Source: a virus. Taken from it: a stretch of 60,591 nucleotides of DNA. Positions 50,660-59,226 of the stretch are shown piece by piece. Under the pieces are notes generated by a model. The model was given only the letters and a program-made list of their open reading frames with translations, searched no databases and was not told where the DNA came from. The stretch is taken from IMG/VR virus record IMGVR_UViG_3300037511_000274; one strand, written 5' to 3'. The translations under genes were made by a program, and so were the position numbers. How positions within the stretch are numbered: position 1 is the first letter of the stretch; each line of letters starts with the position of its first letter.

Positions 50660-50688
50660 TTGCGACCCTGACGTGATGCCTGTAAGGT
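50660..50688 (+). promoter_or_regulatory. promoter TTGCGA-N17-TAAGGT
   Basis: TTGCGACCCTGACGTGATGCCTGTAAGGT, upstream of the secreted-protein gene. Confidence 0.6.
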
Positions 50689-50723
50689 TCTCGGCACAAT
50701 CCCTACCCCATTCGGGAGGTTTC

Positions 50724-51119
50724 ATGCGCAAGCGTATTGCCATGCTGCTGGCGGCCCTGGCGCTCGCCACGGGCCTGAGCGTGGCCGCCGCGCCGAGCCC
50801 GGCGCTGGCCAACGGCTCGTGCTCCAGTAACCAGCTCTGCCTCTACCCGTGCTACCTGTCCGAGTCGTGCAACGCCTGGTTCCGGTCCACCGTGGCCCCC
50901 GGGTGCTACCCGACCGGCGCCAACGGCCTGGAGCACCTGACCTATTCGGTCAAGAACAACACGGCCAAGACGATGACGGTCTACCACACCAGCAACTGCA
51001 CGAGCGGCGGCTACGGTACGTCCGTCCTCTACGCGCACACGACCGGCAACCTGGCGTATCCCTGGATCGGTGGCAACACGGCCGACCACACCGGGATCGT
51101 GTCGTTCCGCGTTCCCTGA
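50724..51119 (+). CDS. secreted Cys-rich protein (peptidase inhibitor I36-like)
   Basis: Sec signal MRKRIAMLLAALALATGLSVAAAPSPALA. The mature part has 8 Cys residues and an NQLCLYP...KNNTAKTMTVYHTSNCTSG pattern recalled from the I36/SMPI family. Confidence 0.75.
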   Translation: MRKRIAMLLAALALATGLSVAAAPSPALANGSCSSNQLCLYPCYLSESCNAWFRSTVAPGCYPTGANGLEHLTYSVKNNTAKTMTVYHTSNCTSGGYGTSVLYAHTTGNLAYPWIGGNTADHTGIVSFRVP

Positions 51120-51236
51120 TCGATCTGACCTTTTCCGCCGTGACCTCTTGTGATCATTGAAGCCACGGCGGTAAGGTCGGAGCTACAGGAGCGGCGGCCC
51201 GGGGTGACATTCTCAGTCCCTCGGGCTGCTTGCTGT

Positions 51237-51785
51237 TCAGGATGAGGTCGGCCCCGCCTCGGCGCAATCGCACGCCGGTCCCCGGAGCGTTACCGGCAGG
51301 ATGCCGCCCACGCACCCGCCCTCCACGTCCACCGGTTGCCACAGGCCCGGGAGCACCCGCTGGAGCCGGTTGGCCCGGTCCGCGTCGATGAAGCAGCAGA
51401 TGGCCCGGCGCATGGCCGCCGCCGCGTCCATCACGCCCTGAGTCACGGCCAGCCACTCGTCCTCGGACGGGATCGAGTTCTCGTCCGGCGTGGGTGCGCA
51501 CCGGGCATAGCCCAGGTCCATCGTGACGGCCCAGGCCAGCGTCCCCTTGCCGGGCGTGGAGTCCTGGACCGGGAACGTGGTGGAGTTCGGATAGAAGGCC
51601 GCCGGGCGCACCCAGGCCAGCCCCTCGCAACACTCGTCCCGGACAGTTGACATGAGAAAGTCAACCGTGGCGCCGGGCCGGACTCCGATGTTCACCGGCG
51701 GCTCGGCCAGCTTGGCCAGCTCCTGGCGGTAGCAGTCCAGCAGCTCGGTTACGAGCGGCATCACCAGCGGGTCAGCGACCGGCAT
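51237..51785 (-). CDS. head-tail connector protein, 182 aa
   Basis: Context after the adaptor. CCEGLAWVRP motif seen in actinophage connector proteins (from recall). Confidence 0.65.
   Translation of the reverse strand: MPVADPLVMPLVTELLDCYRQELAKLAEPPVNIGVRPGATVDFLMSTVRDECCEGLAWVRPAAFYPNSTTFPVQDSTPGKGTLAWAVTMDLGYARCAPTPDENSIPSEDEWLAVTQGVMDAAAAMRRAICCFIDADRANRLQRVLPGLWQPVDVEGGCVGGILPVTLRGPACDCAEAGPTSS
51647..51664. promoter_or_regulatory. orphan dyad TTGACATGAGAAAGTCAA (perfect; extended arms GTTGAC and GTCAAC)
   Basis: Encodes VDFLMSTV with TTT, TCA and ACT codons. Confidence 0.5.
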
Positions 51786-51786
51786 A

Positions 51787-52590
51787 TCAACTCCCCGGGT
51801 AGATGACGGTGCGCCGGTCGCGCGGCATCAGGTCCGGCGACATGATCATCGGGGGCGCCTGGCGCTTGCCCGGGTTCAGCGCGGCGATCGTATCGTCCAC
51901 CATCCGGATGCCGGTCTTGCCGTCGTCCGGCACCGGCGGCGCCACCTCGATCTCCACGCCCTGGCGGGACAGCCGGGTCATCTTGGCCGGAAGCGCGCAG
52001 TTCTGGCCCGGGGTCAGCGCCTTGGCGTACTCACAGGCCAGCAGGCCCGTGGCGATGGCCAGCGCCTCGGGGAGGGGGACGCCCTGGTCGTACGTGACCT
52101 CGAACGTGCCCACCTCGCTGGCCTCGGCCGCCGCGTTCTGGCAGATCGGCCAGCAGGTGCCATCGGTGCGCACGAGGAGGTAGGCGCCCTCGGCCACGTC
52201 CACGCGATAGCTGGCCGGGCTCACCACCTCCCCGTCCACCAGCACCTCGTCCACGGCCGCCACCGGGCCGTTGAGCACCACGCCGCACACGTTGTTGCAG
52301 CAGGCCGCCACGGTGCCCGCGTTGAACCACCGGCCGCCGTACAGGAACGGGCCGCCCTGGTAGGTGCCCGAGCCCGGGATCAGCGGGAACGTCCGGTAGA
52401 GCCACGGCTGATACGGGCTCTGGCTCGGGCGCACCGTGACCGGGCACGTGCCGAACCGGCGCCCGGTGGCCGCCCACAAGAAGGTGGACGCCAGCCACAG
52501 GGCCTTGTCCTGGGTCTCCTGGGCGTAGTCGGCCCAGCCCGAACAGTCCGGGGTCACCACGTCCCACGAACAGGGGATCGTCCTCGTCAT
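51787..52590 (-). CDS. head-to-tail adaptor, 267 aa
   Basis: ATGA overlap start at 52590. LWLASTFLWAATGRRFGTCPVTVRP is typical of adaptor proteins (from recall). Confidence 0.7.
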   Translation of the reverse strand: MTRTIPCSWDVVTPDCSGWADYAQETQDKALWLASTFLWAATGRRFGTCPVTVRPSQSPYQPWLYRTFPLIPGSGTYQGGPFLYGGRWFNAGTVAACCNNVCGVVLNGPVAAVDEVLVDGEVVSPASYRVDVAEGAYLLVRTDGTCWPICQNAAAEASEVGTFEVTYDQGVPLPEALAIATGLLACEYAKALTPGQNCALPAKMTRLSRQGVEIEVAPPVPDDGKTGIRMVDDTIAALNPGKRQAPPMIMSPDLMPRDRRTVIYPGS

Positions 52591-54032
52591 GGCTCCGTCA
52601 CCTCCTGGAAGGACTTTACAGCCCGGGGTGCCCACGGGAAGCCCGAGCCCGAGCGCGGCGCCCAGGGGAAGGACGAGACGGGCCGCCCACTCTGGCCGTT
52701 GCGGCCCTGGGTGGCGACCGCCAGCCGGAGCCCGAGCGCGGCGGCGCCCTGGGAGAGCCGGTGCCCGGCCGCCGCCACGCCGAGGCCCAGCCCGAGCGCG
52801 GCGGCGCCGAGGGAGTCCCTGGCGCCGGTGGAGGTGACGGCCAGCCCCAGCGAGAGAGCCACCTGGCCCTCGGCGCGCGCCGCTCCTTGCGAGGCTACGG
52901 CCAGCCCGATGCCGACGCCAGCGGCGCCCTCAGCGGGCGCGGCGCCGGTGCTCGCCACCGCGAGCCCGAGCCCGAGGGCCGCCTGGCCCTCGGCAGGCAC
53001 GTCCCCCGAGTCCGGGACGAACACCACGTCCACCCAGTAACCCGCGTTGTTGAACGAGCTGGTGGGGAACACCACGGACGGATCGAGATCGTCCTGGTCG
53101 TTGAACCGACCGGCGCTGCTAGCCGCGCTCAGGTCCCCGCTGGTGATCGGCCACGGGGTGCTCGCGCCGTTGCTGGAGGCGTACGCCTCGGTGCGGATGG
53201 CCGGTGCAATCTGGGCGCCCGCCGAGACATGGATGGGCGTGTCCAGCTCCAGGTAGTCCCACCAGTCCTGGATCCCGGAGGTGAAGGCGCCATCGGTGCT
53301 CGGGGTGAGCTTGGTCCCGGTGCTCCAATCGAACAGGGCGCCCTTGACGGTGGCGCCGCTCGGCTGGCTGGAGGTGTTCGGGGACCACCGGCGGATGTGC
53401 GTGATGGTGCCCGCCACGGCCGCCGTGATGTAGCTGCCCAGGGTGTAGACGGTCGAGTCGTACTGGTTGTGGGTGACCGGCTCCTGGCCGCTGAACAGCG
53501 TCTCAGCGACCATGGTCGAGCTGGAGCCGCCAGCCGTGCCGTCCCAGACCCAGCCGGGAACGTCACCGTCCCCGTACACGTCCAGCGCGCTGACCTTCTC
53601 CAGCAGCACGGCCGTCATGCCGAGGCCCGCCGCGAGCGAGTCCCAGATGACGTATATGCCGGTCGCATCGGCCGGGGCCGCCGCCGTGGTGAAGCTGGCG
53701 CGGCCCACCGCGCCGATGTCGCCCAGGACAGCGGTGTTGAACGTCTCGGGGAAGGTGTCCCCGCCGGTCGAGCGGGTGTAGCCGATGTAGACCGTGCGGT
53801 TGAACTGGAACGCGTCCGAGCCGTTGTGCATGTAGAACGAGACGGTGAACACGTCCCCCGCCGAGCACGGGGCCGCCGGGCTCTGGAGGAACCCGCCGGT
53901 GGAGGCGCGCACGCCGGTCTGACGGGGGCAGTAGGCGGGGAAGTCGGTGGCGCGCACCGCCGTGGCCGAGCCGGACCAGCCGGTCAGATCGACTTTGGCC
54001 GCCGGGTTCGGGCAGAGGTTGACCCTGCTCAC
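52587..54032 (-). CDS. virion surface protein: CBM-like N-terminal domain, DUF4082-like domain, and Ala/Gly repeat tail, 481 aa
   Basis: ...NNAGYWVDVVFVP (DUF4082-like) followed by 5 x 20-aa repeats and a duplicated FPWAPR. Confidence 0.8.
   Translation of the reverse strand: MSRVNLCPNPAAKVDLTGWSGSATAVRATDFPAYCPRQTGVRASTGGFLQSPAAPCSAGDVFTVSFYMHNGSDAFQFNRTVYIGYTRSTGGDTFPETFNTAVLGDIGAVGRASFTTAAAPADATGIYVIWDSLAAGLGMTAVLLEKVSALDVYGDGDVPGWVWDGTAGGSSSTMVAETLFSGQEPVTHNQYDSTVYTLGSYITAAVAGTITHIRRWSPNTSSQPSGATVKGALFDWSTGTKLTPSTDGAFTSGIQDWWDYLELDTPIHVSAGAQIAPAIRTEAYASSNGASTPWPITSGDLSAASSAGRFNDQDDLDPSVVFPTSSFNNAGYWVDVVFVPDSGDVPAEGQAALGLGLAVASTGAAPAEGAAGVGIGLAVASQGAARAEGQVALSLGLAVTSTGARDSLGAAALGLGLGVAAAGHRLSQGAAALGLRLAVATQGRNGQSGRPVSSFPWAPRSGSGFPWAPRAVKSFQEVTEP
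52695..52994 (-). repeat. five tandem 60-nt (20-aa) coding repeats AEGxAALGLGLAVASxGAxx
   Basis: Read from the translation of 52587-54032. Confidence 0.8.
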
Positions 54033-54036
54033 GGGA

Positions 54037-54372
54037 TCAGGTGCTGGAGCCGGTGACGGTCAGGGCCGTGATGCTGTACTCCCCAGCCGCGTTGAACGCC
54101 TGGTCCCCGGCCAGCGCGTCGTAGCCGTAGAACGTGCCCGCCGTGCTGGCGCTGAAGAACAGCGCGTTGGTGGCCGCCGCGCCCGCCGAGCCGGTGAAGT
54201 CGAACGGCACGTTGCTGGCGGTCAGCACGCCGGACGCCACCGAGAACGTGACCTGGCGCCGCTCGGCGCTGGTCTGGTCCCCAGAGGTCTGGCCACCGCC
54301 GGTGGCCACCCACATGACCACCTCGTTGCCCTGGTCCAGGACCGCGTTGATACCCGCCGTGTTCAGCGGCAT
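54037..54372 (-). CDS. hypothetical structural protein, 111 aa
   Basis: RBS GGGAGG. Beta-rich Ser/Thr/Ala/Gly composition. Confidence 0.75.
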   Translation of the reverse strand: MPLNTAGINAVLDQGNEVVMWVATGGGQTSGDQTSAERRQVTFSVASGVLTASNVPFDFTGSAGAAATNALFFSASTAGTFYGYDALAGDQAFNAAGEYSITALTVTGSST

Positions 54373-54385
54373 GGCCGCACCTCCC

Positions 54386-54403
54386 TTGACACTTAACAGT
54401 CAG
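54386..54403 (+). promoter_or_regulatory. dyad or core copy TTGACACTTAACAGTCAG just upstream of the RBS of 54037-54372
   Basis: Oriented antisense to the flanking genes. No -10 element. Confidence 0.45.
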
Positions 54404-54415
54404 CCTATCCGAGCA

Positions 54416-54441
54416 AGGCCCGGCGGTCACCCGCCGGGCCT
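54416..54441 (-). terminator. hairpin AGGCCCGGCGG-TCAC-CCGCCGGGCCT
   Basis: 11-bp stem 18 nt after the stop of 54459-55145. Confidence 0.6.
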
Positions 54442-54458
54442 CGTCGTTCCGAGCCGGA

Positions 54459-55145
54459 TCAGGAGCTGAGCGACTGGGCGCCGCAGAGGGCGACCGGCGG
54501 CGCAAGCTGCGTCCAGATGGGGAGGTGGTGCGTGTCGTCCGGGATGGCCGTGAACAGCGGCGACGGGGTAGACGTGCTGTCCAGCACCACGTCATACGGG
54601 CCGACGCCCCACGGCGTGCCCTTCCGAGTGCGACCGGCCACCGTGAAGGTGATCAGGTCGTTCTGGATCACCAGATCCTCGGTCAGCGCACCGTTGGTGA
54701 CCCAGGGGAGCAGGTTGTAGCCGTACCAGGGAAGCGCGCCACCGCACGCCTCCTCGGCATTGCCCATCCAGCCCTCCAGGGCGAAGTTGGCCGTGGCGTA
54801 GTCGGACTCGGTGACCGGGAAGCCGATCACGCGGTCCTGGTCGTCCATGTACGGCTGAAGACCCGTGATGAGCGTGAACAGCTCGGGGTCCACCTCCTGG
54901 AACACGATGGACACGTCGTACCAGTTCAGGAGGGGGCGCCCCTGCTGGTTGACGATGGCCGAGCCGTTGGCCGTGCGCTGGAGGAAGCGCTCCCCATCCT
55001 CCACGTTCGGGGTCATCGTGATCGAGACGAACCCCTCCGAGACCGCGTACGCACCGGCCCCGAACTCGATGTTGCCGCACTCGTCCAGGCGGGTCACACG
55101 CATCGTGGACCCCTGGAGCGGCTTGGCGCAAACAGCAACCGTCAT
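54459..55145 (-). CDS. abundant structural protein, candidate major tail protein, 228 aa
   Basis: ATGA overlap start at 55145. Followed by a terminator, as for highly expressed virion genes. Function is uncertain. Confidence 0.6.
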   Translation of the reverse strand: MTVAVCAKPLQGSTMRVTRLDECGNIEFGAGAYAVSEGFVSITMTPNVEDGERFLQRTANGSAIVNQQGRPLLNWYDVSIVFQEVDPELFTLITGLQPYMDDQDRVIGFPVTESDYATANFALEGWMGNAEEACGGALPWYGYNLLPWVTNGALTEDLVIQNDLITFTVAGRTRKGTPWGVGPYDVVLDSTSTPSPLFTAIPDDTHHLPIWTQLAPPVALCGAQSLSS

Positions 55146-55972
55146 GGTGACGTGACCTCCAGCGGGTCGAACGTGGCGCGGCCCGCGAAGCAATCGAACG
55201 CCACCGCGTAGGCGCGCTCGGCCACCAGGATCCGCGTGTTGCTTGCCGGGTCGAACGCGTCGGCCACGGAAGCCTCGCGCGCCCGCCAGACCGTGGTCTG
55301 GCCCGTGATGATGATCGAGCCGCCCGGGTAGGCCCCGAACGCCCAGATCGAGCCCATCGGCGTGACCAGCCGGTTGCCGTCCTTCAGCACCTGGCCAGAC
55401 TCGTGGGCGAATGCGGCCACTTCCACCGGGGCGTGGATGTACGCCTGGTAGCCGTAGCCCTGATCGGTGTAGGCGTACCGCTCCAGGCCGCCGATCACGT
55501 CGGTGATCAGGCCCGGATCGAACCCGGCCGGGATGTCCTCGGCCTCCCCGTCCAGCGTCAGGATGCCGAGCGAGTCACCCGCGAAGTCGAGCCCGCTCCA
55601 CAGGGCTCGCTCCACGGCCGCCTGTTCGCCAGCCTCGTGCCGACGGAGGAGCCGCGCGGTCTGCTCGGCCCGGGTGTAGCCCACCGCGTTGCACTCGATG
55701 GTGGCCAGCGTGGCGAACACGCCGGTATTGACCTCGTCCGGAAGACTGGTCAGCGGCTTGGCCGGGGCCTCGGTCTGACCGACGCCGGAGCCGTAGCAGG
55801 CCACGCCGTAGGCCACGACCGCGCCGCAGTCTTCCGGCACGAACCGGACGCCACCGCCCTCCCCGTGGTTGGGGAGGTCGAGCGGCCCGCTGGCGGCCGT
55901 GAACAGGCCGTAGCGCCGGGCGAGCGGCTGGGGTGCCGGAACGCTCGGAGCGGGTGCGAGAGAGCCTGCCAT
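55142..55972 (-). CDS. HK97-fold capsid-like protein, 276 aa
   Basis: RBS GAGGAGG. The C-terminal region IHAPVEVAAFA...GSIWAFGAYPGGSIIITGQTTVW...ILVAERAYAVAF parallels the HK97 gp5 C-terminal region from memory. Confidence 0.6.
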   Translation of the reverse strand: MAGSLAPAPSVPAPQPLARRYGLFTAASGPLDLPNHGEGGGVRFVPEDCGAVVAYGVACYGSGVGQTEAPAKPLTSLPDEVNTGVFATLATIECNAVGYTRAEQTARLLRRHEAGEQAAVERALWSGLDFAGDSLGILTLDGEAEDIPAGFDPGLITDVIGGLERYAYTDQGYGYQAYIHAPVEVAAFAHESGQVLKDGNRLVTPMGSIWAFGAYPGGSIIITGQTTVWRAREASVADAFDPASNTRILVAERAYAVAFDCFAGRATFDPLEVTSP

Positions 55973-56033
55973 GTCACCTCCTCGGTGTCGTTACCAGGCC
56001 CGGGGCCGGTCAGCCCCGGGCTCCGGGGAGGGA

Positions 56034-57746
56034 TCAGGCGTCGCGCGCCACGACGCCCAGCGGCTGAACGTCGGTGGTGTAGACCCGCGAGTCCCGGCCC
56101 ATCTTGAGGGCGGCCAGGCCGTCCTCCACGAACAGGGCCGTGAACTGGTTGTGGGTCAGCATCGCGTTGTCGTAGATGGTGTCCAGCGCGATCACGTCCT
56201 GCTCCGCCTTGACCCAGGTACCGGCCGGGTAGATCAGGAAGCTGACCGAGGTCGGGAAGGCCGTGGCCGCCGAGGAGCCGCCGAACGCCCCGCCGGTGAA
56301 CGCGTCCTGCCAGTCGTAGACGAACTGGACCGAGGCGCCCCGCATGGTGAACCAGGAGACGATCTCAGTGTCCGTCACGGCCATCTCGGACACGCCCCGG
56401 CGCCGGGCGAGGGACGCCCGGATCGGGCCGACCACCCATGCCGGGAGGACGACCTCCACGGTGGTGCCGAACGCCATACGGTGCCGGTAGCGCATGTCCC
56501 AGACGGCCAGCTCCACCGCGCTGAGCAGGTTGCTCGCCGCGTCGTCCGAGGAGGCGGGCTCGTTGATGGTGACCGGCGCGGCGGAACCGGCGACCAGGCG
56601 CGCGATCATCGACGCGTTGACCTTGTGGGCCAGGGCCGTGGTGGCCTCCTGGCTGAACTGGGTCACGGCCTCGGGGTAACCGCGCTGCTGGAGCAGGTTG
56701 CCGGTGAGGCAGAGGTAGGCCACGTCCAGGCGCACGTCCGTGAAGTCCGGGCAGGGCACCTCCACGCAAACCTTGGTGGCGCCGTTCTCCACCTCGTACT
56801 CGGTCAGGATCACGTCCCCGTCGTCACCGATCAGGTCGTAGACCACCGAGAAGTCCGGGCCGCCGTCGTCCGGGATCTGGAAACCGCCCCGGCTGGCCTG
56901 GACGGTCGGGCCGCTCCACATGCCGTCCAACGAGGACAGCGAGAACAGGTCGTAGAGGATCTCGGACGGCGCACACCAGCCCGCCGCCGCCGTGAGCGCG
57001 CGACCGGCCTGGACCCGCTGGAGCTGGGAAGCCGCGAGGGAGCCGCCGGGGAGGCGGGCCTCACTGCGCACGCGCTCCAGCATGGCGCGCACGTCGCTGG
57101 CCTCGGTCACCCGGAACTCGGCGCCGTACCGGCGCTCGATCGCCGCGATGCTGTGCCGGACGACGCTACGGCCGCTCCGCATCTGGAAGTGGTGGCCGCC
57201 CGCGATCTTCAGCGCGTCGGGGCCGCTGGCGCCCTTGGCCGCACGGCCGTAGCGACCGAACTGGGTGTCCAGCAGGCGACCGACGGCCAGCGGGCTGTCC
57301 AGCTCCCCGCGCACGCCCGGCGCGTCGGCCGACGCCACGAGGACGCCCACCGGCTCGGGCTCGGGGGCCGGGGTCGGCTCCGGCTCGGGGGCCGGGTCGA
57401 TGGTGCCGCCGGTCGGGGCGGGCGCCGGGGCCGGGGTCGGCTCGGGGGCCGGGGTCGGCTCGGGCTCGGGGGCCGGGGTCGGCTCCGGGGTCGGCGCCGG
57501 GTCCAGCAGGCCACCGGCGAGCGCCTGGCGGGCCGCGTCGGCCTCGGCGGCCAGCTCGGTCCGGCGGGTCTCCTCGCCCTGGACGTTGGTCAGCAGGTCC
57601 CGGTAGGCCACCAGGCCCTCGGCCGGGGTCGCGTTGTCCGCGAGCGCGGAGCGAGCGGCGGCCCGAGCCTGGGCGGCGAATGCCGCGAACTCCTCGGCGC
57701 TGAGCGCGCCGAGATCGGCCGGGACCTCGAACGGAAGGGTGAACAT
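56034..57746 (-). CDS. major capsid protein with N-terminal scaffold-like coiled coil and Pro/Glu/Thr linker, 570 aa
   Basis: Start trimmed to ATG 57746 after GGGGAG. AAGWCAPSEILYDL and other HK97-lineage capsid patterns. Confidence 0.75.
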   Translation of the reverse strand: MFTLPFEVPADLGALSAEEFAAFAAQARAAARSALADNATPAEGLVAYRDLLTNVQGEETRRTELAAEADAARQALAGGLLDPAPTPEPTPAPEPEPTPAPEPTPAPAPAPTGGTIDPAPEPEPTPAPEPEPVGVLVASADAPGVRGELDSPLAVGRLLDTQFGRYGRAAKGASGPDALKIAGGHHFQMRSGRSVVRHSIAAIERRYGAEFRVTEASDVRAMLERVRSEARLPGGSLAASQLQRVQAGRALTAAAGWCAPSEILYDLFSLSSLDGMWSGPTVQASRGGFQIPDDGGPDFSVVYDLIGDDGDVILTEYEVENGATKVCVEVPCPDFTDVRLDVAYLCLTGNLLQQRGYPEAVTQFSQEATTALAHKVNASMIARLVAGSAAPVTINEPASSDDAASNLLSAVELAVWDMRYRHRMAFGTTVEVVLPAWVVGPIRASLARRRGVSEMAVTDTEIVSWFTMRGASVQFVYDWQDAFTGGAFGGSSAATAFPTSVSFLIYPAGTWVKAEQDVIALDTIYDNAMLTHNQFTALFVEDGLAALKMGRDSRVYTTDVQPLGVVARDA

Positions 57747-57850
57747 GTCGCGTCTCCCCTGAGTCGGGTTGTCGGGTGGATCAGGTCTCGTCCGCCCGGC
57801 CGGTCCGAAGCTCAGGCACCGCGCGTTCTGGCGAGATCGTAGCACCGGAC

Positions 57851-57868
57851 CTGACATCTCAGCGTCAA
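57851..57868. promoter_or_regulatory. dyad CTGACATCTCAGCGTCAA in the capsid / plus-cassette divergent region
   Basis: Reverse complement reads TTGACGCTGAGATGTCAG. Lies 105 nt upstream of the capsid ATG. Confidence 0.45.
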
Positions 57869-57930
57869 TGTCCCCGGATGCCACGCATCCTAGGAAGCTA
57901 GTACGCCTGGAAAGTTTCTCGGATGAGGGG

Positions 57931-57959
57931 TTGACACTCCACAGTCATGCCTGTAATGT
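57931..57959 (+). promoter_or_regulatory. promoter module TTGACA-N17-TAATGT
   Basis: TTGACACTCCACAGTCATGCCTGTAATGT followed by AGTTCTTGTC. Confidence 0.75.
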
Positions 57960-57998
57960 AGTTCTTGTCAGCGAGGCAGACCGAAGGGACCAGGGACG

Positions 57999-58709
57999 AT
58001 GAGCACTCAGGAGCGCAACTACCGCAAGAACCCCCACACCGCGCGTTGGCTGATGGCCTTCCACGCGGCGGCTGCTGGCCTCCCGGCCGACCTGGACGGG
58101 GAGAACGATTACATGACCCCCGCCGAGCGTGGCCTGGCCGAGGAGATCGACCTCCTGAACGAGATCCCGGTGGACGCCAACCTGGACCGGCGCTCGCCCC
58201 GTCAGGCCGAGCTGATGACCAGCCTGGTCGCCCAGATCACCGAGCTGGACGCCGAGCTGGGCGCCCGCACCGGCGAGTGGATCGCCAAGGCCACCGCCGC
58301 CGGTCACTGGACCCCCGGCCGCGAGGGCAACGCCAGCGCCTGGATCACCAAGATGATCGACAAGGTCCGGGAGCTGAAGGCCGCCGCCAAGGCCACCCCG
58401 AGCACCCCGGCCGCCGAGGTGGCGAACGGCCGCTACGCGGTCGAGGAGGACGGGGTCCTGAAGTTCTTCAAGGTCACCAACGGCAAGCGCGCCGGGTTCG
58501 TCTTCCTGGACGTTCAGGCGAGCGACGAGTGGCACGCCATCCGCAACGTGGCCCGCATCCGCAAGATCGTGGCCCTGATCGCCGAGGACGCCCACGCGGC
58601 CATGATCCGCTACGGCCACGAGCTGGGCGAGTGCGGCCGGTGCGGCCGGACCCTGACGGACGAGGCCAGCCGGGCGGCCGGGATCGGCCCGATCTGCGCG
58701 AGCAAGTAG
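57999..58709 (+). CDS. hypothetical protein with C-terminal DUF6011-like zinc ribbon, 236 aa
   Basis: CGRCGRTLTDEASRAAGIGPIC at the C-terminus. RBS AGGGA. Confidence 0.8.
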   Translation: MSTQERNYRKNPHTARWLMAFHAAAAGLPADLDGENDYMTPAERGLAEEIDLLNEIPVDANLDRRSPRQAELMTSLVAQITELDAELGARTGEWIAKATAAGHWTPGREGNASAWITKMIDKVRELKAAAKATPSTPAAEVANGRYAVEEDGVLKFFKVTNGKRAGFVFLDVQASDEWHAIRNVARIRKIVALIAEDAHAAMIRYGHELGECGRCGRTLTDEASRAAGIGPICASK

Positions 58710-58716
58710 CCGGACC

Positions 58717-58742
58717 GGGAGGGGGCTTGCGAGCCCCCTCCC
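58717..58742 (+). terminator. hairpin GGGAGGGGGC-TTGCGA-GCCCCCTCCC
   Basis: 10-bp stem 8 nt after the stop codon. Confidence 0.6.
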
Positions 58743-58791
58743 CCTCGGCGTAACGTCACAGTCATAGCGGCTAGGTAAGGAGTGATCGGCA

Positions 58792-59226
58792 ATGGTCAAC
58801 GTTCCGTTCGGGATCGGGGAGTACATCACCAACGGCTCCAGCGCCGGGCGCGTGATCGAGATCGTGGAGAAAGACGCACGGTGGCACTGTCCGGCCCTGA
58901 AGCTGAGCAACGTCGGCCTGGAGGCGTTCGGCGGCAACATCGGGATGGCCAGCTCGGTGCCGGACTACCTGCTCACCGGCTGGCGCCGGATCCCGTTCGA
59001 GTGGACGCCCAACCCCGGCGGCCAGACCGAGGAGCGGTACGTGTGGCGGGACAACTGGCGGCGCCTGGAGCGCGAGGTCCGCTCGCGCGTCCCGTCGCGC
59101 GTCCAGGCCCGGGATGAGCCGTGCGCCAGCCCGGCCACGTGCGACGTGCACGGGGAGGGTCTTGCGATCACGGCGGAACGTGAGCAAGGCTCGGAAGTTC
59201 CCGCACCCGTGGAGGCAGAGCGATGA
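58792..59226 (+). CDS. hypothetical protein, 144 aa
   Basis: RBS AAGGAG. Preceded by a degenerate motif copy, GTAACGTCACAGTCATAGCGGCTAGGT. Confidence 0.8.
   Translation: MVNVPFGIGEYITNGSSAGRVIEIVEKDARWHCPALKLSNVGLEAFGGNIGMASSVPDYLLTGWRRIPFEWTPNPGGQTEERYVWRDNWRRLEREVRSRVPSRVQARDEPCASPATCDVHGEGLAITAEREQGSEVPAPVEAER

Noticed and set aside
51148-51177. Orphan plus-strand promoter-like sequence TTGTGA-N18-TAAGGT after the secreted-protein gene.
   Set aside because: No plus-strand ORF follows, and the -35 is weak. It may be a decayed module or an antisense promoter, so it is mentioned in a finding rather than called as a feature.
57260-57520. GC-rich tandem DNA repeats (GGCTCGGGGGCCGGGGTCGGCTC...) as a non-coding VNTR or a diversity-generating target.
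   Set aside because: They lie in frame in the capsid gene and encode a PAPEPT linker. No reverse transcriptase or template repeat is present.
57747-57884. N-terminal extensions in the ORF track that read through promoter motifs, giving peptides such as TLHSH/HSHAGKV. Examples: 57747-57884, 28795-28863, 31686-31763, 59667-59744, 60114-60212 and 22086-22157.
   Set aside because: The extensions are simply the translated promoter and leader. Each has a downstream ATG or GTG with a strong RBS, and GC3 is poor in the extension.
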